The position numbers and the translations under genes are program-made. Shown piece after piece: positions 54,271 through 64,000 of a stretch of DNA of 64,000 nucleotides. How positions within the stretch are numbered: the first letter of the stretch is position 1; each line of letters begins with the position of its first letter. The DNA is from Centroscyllium fabricii (lineage: Eukaryota). The stretch covers positions 1,922,001 to 1,986,000 of the forward strand of contig JBNRSN020000010.1 of NCBI GenBank assembly GCA_051313645.2. Direction: 5' to 3'. Below the pieces are notes generated by a model. That model searched no databases, was not told the origin of the DNA, and saw only the letters and a list, made by a program, of their open reading frames with translations.

Positions 54271-57134
54271 CCCCGGACTGACCGACCGACCATCGAACTG
54301 TCCGTTTTACCCCTGGACTGATTGACCATCCGACACCCGGAGTATCCGACCGACTGACCCCCGGACTGACTGACCGACCCCTGGGCTAACCGTCCGTCCG
54401 ACCTCTGTACTGAACGACCAACCCCCAGACTGACTAAATCTCTGAACCACGGACTGACCGATCGACCCCTGGACTGACGGACCGACCCCCGGACTGACCA
54501 ACCGACCGACCCCGTACCGATCGACTGACACCTGGACCGACCGACCGACCCCCGGACCGATCGATCAACACCCGGACTGACAGGCCGAACCCTGGACTGA
54601 CCGACCGACCCCTGAACAGAACGACTGACCTCCGGAATGACCGACCGAACTCCAGACTGACTGACTGACCTCCAGACTGACCAACCGACCGGCAGACTGA
54701 CTGACCGACCGAAACCCAGACTGACCGACCGAACCCCAGACTGACCGACCGAACCCCCGGACTGACCGACCGACCCCCGGACTGACCGACCGACCCCCGG
54801 ACTGACCGACTGACGACCCCAGACTGACTGTCTGACCGACCCCTGGACGGACTGACCGACCGACTCCCGGACTGACTGACTGAACCGCCGACTGACCGAC
54901 CGATCCCCGGACTGACCGACCGATCCCCGGACTGACCGACCGATCCCCGGACTGACCGACCGATCCCCGGACTGACCGACCGATCCCCGGACTGACCGAC
55001 TGGACACCAGACCGACCGACTGCCTCCCGGACTGACTGATCGACCCCCGGACTGACCGACTGACCCCCGAACTGTCCGACCGACCAACCCCTGGACGGAC
55101 TGACTGACCGACTCCCGGACTGACCGACTGACCCGCGGACTGACTGACTGACACCCGGACTCACCGACCGATCCTCGGACTGACCAACTGGACACGAGAC
55201 CAACCGACCGCCCCCCGGACTGACCGATCGACCTCTGGACTGACCGACCAACCATCGAACTGTCCGACTGACCCCCGGACTGACTGACCGCCGACACCCG
55301 GAGTATCCGATCGACTGACCGCTGGACTGACCGACCCCTGGACTGACCAACCGTCCGACCGCTGCACTGAACGACCGACCCCCAGACTGACTGAATCTCC
55401 GACCCCCGGGCTGACCGATCGACCCCTGGACTGACCGACCGACCCCCGGACTGACCAACCGATCGACCCCGTACCGATCGACTGACACCTGGACCGACCG
55501 ACCGACCCCCGGACCGATCAATCAACACCCAGACTGACAGACCAAACCCTGGACTGACCGACCGACCCCTGGACAGACCGACCGACCTCCGGAATGACCG
55601 ACCGAACTCCAGACTGACTGACCGACCTCTGGACTGACCAACTGACAGGCAGACTGACCGACCCCCGGACTGACCGACCGACACCCGGACTGACCGACCA
55701 ACCCCCGGACTGACCGACCGACCATCGAACTGTCCGTTTTACCCCTGGACTGATTGACCATCCGACACCCGGAGTATCCGACCGACTGACCCCCGGACTG
55801 ACTGACCGACCCCTGGGCTAACCGTCCGTCCGACCTCTGTACTGAACGACCAACCCCCAGACTGACTAAATCTCTGAACCACGGACTGACCGATCGACCC
55901 CTGGACTGACGGACCGACCCCCGGACTGACCAACCGACCGACCCCGTACCGATCGACTGACACCTGGACCGACCGACCGACCCCCGGACCGATCGATCAA
56001 CACCTGGACTGACAGGCCGAACCCTGGACTGACCGACCGACCCCTGAACAGAACGACTGACCTCCGGAATGACCGACCGAACTCCAGACTGACTGACTGA
56101 CCTCCAGACTGACCAACCGACCGGCAGACTGACTGACCGACCGAAACCCAGACTGACCAACCGAACCCCAGACTGACCGACCGAACCCCCGGACTGACCG
56201 ACCGACCCCCGGACTGTCCGACCGACCCCCGGACTGACCGACTGACGACCCCAGACTGACTGTCTGACCGACCCCTGGACGGACTGACCGACCGACTCCC
56301 GGACTGACTGACTGAACCGCCGACTGACCGACCGATCCCCGGACTGACCGACCGATCCCCGGACTGACCGACCGATCCCCGGACTGACCGACCGATCCCC
56401 GGACGGACCGACCGATCCCCGGACTGACCGACTGGACACCAGACCGACCGACTGCCTCCCGGACTGACTGATCGACCCCCGGACTGACCGACTGACCCCC
56501 GAACTGTCCGACCGACCAACCCCTGGACGGACTGACTGACCGACTCCCGGACTGACCGACTGACCCGCGGACTGACTGACTGACACCCGGACTCACCGAC
56601 CGATCCTCGGACTGACCAACTGGACACGAGACCAACCGACCGCCCCCCGGACTGACCGATCGACCTCTGGACTGACCGACCAACCATCGAACTGTCCGAC
56701 TGACCCCCGGACTGACTGACCGCCGACACCCGGAGTATCCGATCGACTGACCGCTGGACTGACCGACACCTGGACTGACCAACCGTCCGACCGCTGCACT
56801 GAACGACCGACCCCCAGACTGACTGAATCTCCGACCCCCGGGCTGACCGATCGACCCCTGGACTGACCGACCGACCCCCGGACTGACCAACCGATCGACC
56901 CCGTACCGATCGACTGACACCTGGACCGACCGACCGACCCCCGGACCGATCAATCAACACCCAGACTGACAGACCAAACCCTGGACTGACCGACCGACCC
57001 CTGGACAGACCGACCGACCTCCGGAATGACCGACCGAACTCCAGACTGACTGACCGACCTCTGGACTGACCAACTGACAGGCAGACTGACCGACCCCCGG
57101 ACTGACCGACCGACCCCCGGACTGACCGACCAAC
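54271..57134. repeat. 1,432-bp tandem duplication (2 near-identical copies)
   Basis: ORF pairs 54307/55739, 54565/55997 and 55161/56593 are all offset by exactly 1432 with near-identical translations. Confidence 0.9.
54895..55000. repeat. Perfect 20-bp minisatellite (cgatccccggactgaccgac) x5
   Basis: Read directly from the sequence. Homologous runs of differing copy number lie at ~46940, ~52270, ~56330, ~59020 and ~61640. Confidence 0.9.
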
Positions 57135-60100
57135 CCCCGGACTGACCGACCAACCCCCGGACTGACCGACTGATCACCAACTGACCGACTGATCACCAAC
57201 TGACCGACTGACGACCCGGGACTGACTGACCGACCGACCCCCGGACTGACTGATCGACCCCCGAACTGTCCGACCGACCCCCGGACTGATCGACTGTCTG
57301 ACACCCGGATATCCGACCGACTGACCCCCGGACTGACTGACTGACCCCTGGACTGACTGAACCCTGGACTGACCGATCAATCGACCCACTGACTGACCGA
57401 CCCCAGGACTGACCGACCCACCCCAGACTGACCGACCGAAACCTGGTCTGACCAAAGGCCGGACTGACCGACCGAACCCCAGACTGACCGACTGACCCCT
57501 AGACTGGCAGACCGACTCCCAGACTGACCGAATGACCCCCGGCAGACCAATCCCGAAAATGAGCGACCGAACTCCGGAATGACCGACCGACCCCCGGACT
57601 GTCCGACCCTCGGACTGACTGACGGAACCCCGTACTGACTGACCGAACACCGCACTGACCTACCGACCCCCGGAATGATCGACTGACCCCCGGACTGACC
57701 GACCGACCAATCCTGCATTGACCGTACGATTCCTGTACTGACCGACTGACCCCCGGACCAATCAACCGACACTCTGACTGACTGAGAACCCCGGATTGAG
57801 CGACTGACCCACGGACTGACTGACCAACCCCCGGAATGACCGACTGAACCCCAGACTGACTGACCAACCCCCTGACTGACCGACCGACTGGCAGACTGAC
57901 CACCCGACTGACCCCCAGACTGACCAGCTGATCACCGACTGACCGACTGTCCAATCACTGGACTGACTGACCGACTGCCCCCCGGACTGACCGACCGACC
58001 CCCTGACTGACCGACCGATCCCCGGAATTACCGACCGAACACCGACTGACCGACTGACCCCTGGACTGACCGACCGACCCCCGGACTGACCAACAGACCG
58101 ACCCCGTACTGATCGACTGACACCTGGTCCGACTGACCGACCCCCGGACCGATCGATCGACACCCGGACTGACAGATGAACCCTAGACTGACCGACCGAC
58201 CCCTGGACAGACAGACTGACCGCCGGAATGACTGTCTGACTGGCAGACTGACCGACATACCGACCCCCGGAATGACCGACCGCCCCCCGGACTGACTGAC
58301 CGACCAACCCCTGGACGGACTGACCGACCGAATCCCGGTTTGACCGACTGACCCGCGGACTGACTGACCGAACCCCGGACCGACCGACCGCCCCCCGGAC
58401 TGACCGATCGACCCCCGGACTGACCGACCGACCATCGAACTGTCCGTTTTACCCCTGGACAGATTGACCATCCGACACCCGGAGTATCCGACCGACTGAC
58501 CCCCGGACTGACTGACCGACCCCTGGGCTAACCGACCGTCCGACCGCTGTACTGAACGACCGACCCCCAGACTGACTGAATCTCTGACCCACGGACTGAC
58601 CGATCGACCCCTGGACTGACGGACCGACCCCCGGACTGACCAACCGACCGACCCCGTACCGATCGACTGACACCTGGACCGACCGACCGACCCCCGGACC
58701 GATCGATCAACACACGGACTGACAGACCGAACCCTGGACTGACCGACCGACCCCTGAACAGACCGACTGACCTCCGAAATGACCGACCGAACTCCAGACT
58801 GACTGACCTCCGGACTGACCAACCGACCGGCAGACTGACTGACTGACCGAACCCCAGACTGACCGACCGACCCCCGGACTGACCGACCGATCACCAACTG
58901 ACCGACTGATGACCCCAGACTTACTGTCCGATGAACCCCTGGACGGACTGACCGAACGACTCCCGGACTGACTGACTGAACCGCCGACTGACCGACCGAC
59001 CCCCGGACTGACCGACCGATCCCCGGACTGACCGACCGATCCCCGGACTGACCGACCGATCCCCGGACTGACCAACCGATCCCCGGACTGACCGACCGTT
59101 CCCCGGACTGACCGACCGTTCCCCGGACTGACCGACTGGACACCAGACCGACTGACTGCCCCCCGGATTGACTGATCGACCCCCGGACTGACCGACTGAC
59201 CCCCGAAATGTCGGACCGACCAACCCCTGGACGGACTGACTGACCGACTCCCGGACGGACCGACTGACCCGCGGACTGAATGACCGACACCCGGACTCAC
59301 CGACCTATCCTTGGACTGACCAACTGGACAGGAGACCAACCGACCGCCCCCCGGACTGACCGATCGACCTCTGGACTGACCGACCAACCATCGAACTGAC
59401 TGACCGCCGACACCCGGAGTATCCGACCGACTGACCGCTGGACTGACCGAACCCTGGACTGACCGACCGTCCGACCGCTGCACTGACCGACCGACCCCCA
59501 GACTGACTGAATCTCCGACCCCCGGACTGACCGATCGACCCCTGGACTGACCGACCGACCCCCGGACTGACCAACCGATCGACCCCGTACCGATCGACTG
59601 ACACCTGGACCCACCGACCGACCCCCGGACCGATCAATCAACACCCGGACTGACAGACCGAACACTGGACTGACCGACCGACCCCTGGACAGACCGACCG
59701 ACCTCCGGAATGACCGACCGAACTCCAGACTGACTGACCGACCTCTGGACTGACCAACTGACCGGCAGACTGACCGACTGACCGACCCCCGGACTGACCG
59801 ACCGACCCCCGGACTGACCGACTGATCACCAACTGACCGACTGATCACCAACTGACCGACTGACGACCCGGGACTGACTGACCGACCGACCCCCAGACTG
59901 ACTGACCGATCCCCGAACTGACCGACCGACCCCCGGACTGATCGACTGTCTGACACCCGGATATCCGACCGACTGACCCCCGGACTGACTGACTGACCCC
60001 TGGACTGACTGAACCCTGGACTGACCGATCAATCGACCCTCTGACTGACCGACCCCAGGACTGACCGACCCACCCCAGACTGACCGACTGAGACCTGGTC

Positions 60101-61975
60101 TGACCGAAGGCCGGACTGACCGACCGAACCCCAGACTGACCGACTGACCCCTAGATTGGCAGACCGACTCCCAGACTGACCAAATGACCCCCGGACAGAC
60201 CAACCCCGAGAATGAGCGACCGAACTCCGGAATGACCGACCGACCCCCGGAATGATCGACTGACCCCCGGACTGACCGACCGACCAATCCTGCATTGACC
60301 GTACGATTCCTGTACTGACCGACTGACCCCCGGACCAATCATCTGACACTCTGACTGACTGAGAACCCCGGATTGACCGACTGACCCACGGACTGACTGA
60401 CCAACCCCCGGAATGACCGACTGAACCCCAGACTGACTGACCAACCCCCAGACTGACCGACCGACTGGCAGACTGACCACCCGACCGACCCCCAGACTGA
60501 CCAGCTGATCACCGACTGACCGACTGTCCAATCACTGGACTGACTGACCGACCGACCCCTGGACGGATTGACCGACATACCCCCAGACTGACCGACTGAC
60601 CCCTGGACTGACCGACCGACCCCCTGACTGACCGACAGAACACCGACTGACCGACCGACCCCTGGACTGACCGACCGACCCCCGGACTGACCAACAGACC
60701 GACCCTGTACTGATTGACTGACACCTGGTCCGACTGACCGACCCCTGGACCGATCGATCGACACCCGGACTGACAGATGAACCCTAGACTGACCGACCGA
60801 CCCCTGGACAGACCGACTGACCTCCGGAATGACTGTCTGACTGGCAGACTGACCGACATACCGACCCCCGGAATGACCGACCGCCCCCGGACTGACTGAC
60901 CGACCAACCCCTGGACGGACTGACCGACCAAATCCCGGTTTGACCGACTGACCCGCGGACTGACTGACCGAACCCCGGACCGACCGACCGCCCCCCGGAC
61001 TGACCGATCGACCCCCGGACTGACCGACCGACCATCGAACTGTCCGTTTTACCCCTGGACTGATTGACCGTCCGACACCCGGAGTATCCGACCGACTGAC
61101 CCCCGGACTGACTGACCGACCCCTGGGCTAACCGTCCGTCCGACCGCTGTACTGAACGACCAACCCCCAGACTGACTAAATCTCTGAACCACGGACTGAC
61201 CGATCGACCCCTGGACTGACGGACCGACCCTCGGACTGACCAACCGACCGACCCCGTACCGATCGACTGACACCTGGACCGACCGACCGACCCCCGGACC
61301 GATCGATCAACACCCGGACTGACAGGCCGAACCCTGGACTGACCGACCGACCCCTAAACAGACCGACTGACCTCCGGAATGACCGACCGAACTCCAGACT
61401 GACTGACTGACCTCCGGACTGACCAACCGACCGGCAGACTGACTGACCGACCGAACCCCAGACTGACCGACCGAACCCCAGACTGACCGACCGAACCCCG
61501 GACTGACCGACCGACCCCCGGACTGACCGACCGATCACCAACTGACCGACTGACGACCCCAGACTGACTGTCTGACCGACCCCTGGACAGACTGACCGAC
61601 CGACTCCCGGACTGACTGACAGAACTGCCGACTGACCGACCGATCCCCGGACTGACCGACCGATCCCCGGACTGACCGACCGATCCCCGGACTGACCGAC
61701 CGATCCCCGGACTGACCGACTGGACACCAGACCGACCGACTGCCTCCCGGACTGACTGATCGACCCCCGGACTGACCGACTGACCCCCGAACTGTCCGAC
61801 CGACCAACCCCTGGACGGACTGACCGACCGACTCCCGGACTGACCGACTGACCCGCGGACTGACTGACTGACACCCGGACTCACCGACCGATCCTCGGAC
61901 TGACCAACTGGACACGAGACCAACCGACCGCCCCCCGGACTGACCGATCGACCTCTGGACTGACCGACCAACCAT

Positions 61976-62851
61976 CGAACTGTCCGACTGACCCCCGGAC
62001 TGACTGACCGCCGACACCCGGAGTATCCGACCGACTGACCGCTGGACTGACCGACCCCTGGACTGACCAACCGTCCGACCGCTGCACTGAACGACCGACC
62101 CCCAGACTGACTGAATCTCCGACCCCCGGGCTGACCGATCGACCCCTGGACTGACCGACCGACCCCCGGACTGACCAACCGATCGACCCCGTACCGATCG
62201 ACTGACACCTGGACCGACCGACCGACCCCCGGACCGATCAATCAACACCCGGACTGACAGACCGAACCCTGGACTGACCGACCGACCCCTGGACAGACCG
62301 ACCGACCTCCGGAATGACCGACCGAACTCCAGACTGACTGACCGACCTCTGGACTGACCAACTGACCGGCAGACTGACCGACTGACCGACCCCCGGACTG
62401 ACCGACCGACCCCCGAACTGTCCGACTGACCCCCGGACTGACTGACCGCCGACACCCGGAGTATCCGACCGACTGACCGCTGGACTGACCGACCCCTGGA
62501 CTGACCAACCGTCCGACCGCTGCACTGAACGACCGACCCCCAGACTGACTGAATCTCCGACCCCCGGGCTGACCGATCGACCCCTGGACTGACCGACCGA
62601 CCCCCGGACTGACCAACCGATCGACCCCGTACCGATCGACTGACACCTGGACCGACCGACCGACCCCCGGACCGATCAATCAACACCCGGACTGACAGAC
62701 CGAACCCTGGACTGACCGACCGACCCCTGGACAGACCGACCGACCTCCGGAATGACCGACCGAACTCCAGACTGACTGACCGACCTCTGGACTGACCAAC
62801 TGACCGGCAGACTGACCGACTGACCGACCCCCGGACTGACCAACCGACCCC
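61976..62851. repeat. 438-bp tandem duplication (2 copies)
   Basis: cgaactgtccgactgacc occurs at 61976 and 62414. ORF starts 62087/62525 and 62241/62679 are offset by 438. Confidence 0.85.
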
Positions 62852-64000
62852 CGGACTGACCGACCGACCCCCGGACTGACCGACTGATCACCAACTGACC
62901 GACTGACGACCCGGGACTGACTGACCAACCGACCCCCGGACTGACTGACCGATCCCCGAACTGACCGATCGACCCCCAGACTGACTGATCGACCCCCGAA
63001 CTGTCCGACCGACCCCCGGACTGATCGACTGTCTGACACCCGGATATCCGACCGACTGACCCCCGGACTGACTGACTGACCCCTGGACTGACTGAACCCT
63101 GGACTGACCGATCAATCGACCCACTGACTGACCGACCCCAGGACTGACCGACCCACCCCAGACTGACCGACCGAAACCTGGTCTGACCAAAGGCCGGACT
63201 GACCGACCGAACCCCAGACTGACCGACTGACCCCTAGACTGGCAGACCGACTCCCAGACTGACTGAATGACCCCCGGCAGACCAACCCCGAGAATGAGCG
63301 ACCGAACTCCGGAATGACCGACCGACCCCCGGACTGTCCGACCCTCGGACTGACTGACTGAACCCCGTACTGACTGACCGAACCCCGCACTGACCTACCG
63401 ACCCCCGGAATGATCGACTGACCCCCGGACTGACCGACCGACCAATCCTGCATTGACCGTACGATTCCTGTACTGACCGACTGACCCCCGGACCAATCAA
63501 CCGACACTCTGACTGACTGAGAACCCCGGATTGAGCGACTGACCCACGGACTGACTGACCAACCCCCGGAATGACCGACTGAACCCCAGACTGACTGACC
63601 AACCCCCAGACTGACCGACCGACTGGCAGACTGACCACCCGACTGACCCCCAGACTGACCAGCTGATCACCGACTGACCGACTGTCCAATCACTGGACTG
63701 ACTGACCGACCGACCCCTGGACGGATTGACCGACATACCCCCAGACTGACCGACTGCCCCCCGGACTGACCGACCGAACACCGACTGACCGACCGACCCC
63801 TGGACTGACCGACCGACCCCCGGACTGACCAACAGACCGACCCCGTACTGATCGACTGACTCCTGGTCCGACTGACTGACCCCCGGACCGATCGATCGAC
63901 ACCCGGACTGACAGATGAACCCTAGACTGACCGACCGACCCCTGGACAGACAGACTGACCGCCGGAATGACTGTCTGACTGGCAGACTGACCGACATACC

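Larger units (their letters stand above)
4196..64000. repeat. Complex GACY-tetramer satellite array, one orientation, running off the window end
   Basis: Uninterrupted GACC/GACT/CCCG word sequence with recurring landmarks (ccctagactggcag, ctctgaagaac, aagcatc, aacaaagtgacc). No inversion or second insertion was seen. Confidence 0.97.
50400..64000. repeat. HOR domain with ~2.6-2.7-kb period (about 5 copies)
   Basis: The same 74-aa pseudo-ORF recurs at 51629, 54307, 55739, 58449 and 61049, with an outlier at 46508. tcctgcattgaccgtacga recurs at ~50867, ~53544, ~57711, ~60288 and ~63446. Confidence 0.85.

Noticed and set aside
27-63997. Hundreds of overlapping minus-strand ORFs (S/V/G/R/Q-rich, up to 700 aa)
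   Set aside because: They overlap in all three frames with the same peptide pattern and arise because GGTC/AGTC words lack stops. The 4-nt period is inconsistent with codon-level selection, and no domain is recognisable.
1-64000. CRISPR array
   Set aside because: There is no constant repeat with unique spacers and no cas genes; the intervening sequences are themselves repeat words.
1-64000. Telomeric repeat array
   Set aside because: Despite the G/C strand bias, there is no canonical telomerase-type unit, and kilobase HORs are not a telomerase product.
1-64000. Pure sequencing or basecalling artefact
   Set aside because: Reproducible kilobase HORs with shared private variants and a precise insertion with TSD argue for real DNA, though copy numbers could be misassembled.

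Overview
This window is almost entirely non-coding repetitive DNA, most likely eukaryotic heterochromatin. About 62 kb is one complex satellite in a single orientation. It is built from 4-nt words: GACC/GACT runs punctuated by CCCG/CCTG/CCCA, giving a basic 20-mer of GACT-GACC-GACC-GACC-CCCG. These words are organised into several related kilobase-scale higher-order repeat (HOR) domains with recent internal duplications. The only non-satellite sequence is a 1,778-bp insertion (2418-4195) with TGTAA...TTACA ends and a 4-bp CCCT target-site duplication. It is best read as a solo LTR, probably Ty3/Gypsy-type and probably in minus orientation, and intact empty copies of its target site occur elsewhere in the array. 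The hundreds of minus-strand S/V/G/R/Q ORFs are artefacts of a repeat strand that is poor in stop codons. No protein-coding gene, RNA gene or CRISPR array is supported. HOR boundaries were placed by eye from landmark motifs and ORF-track offsets and are approximate.
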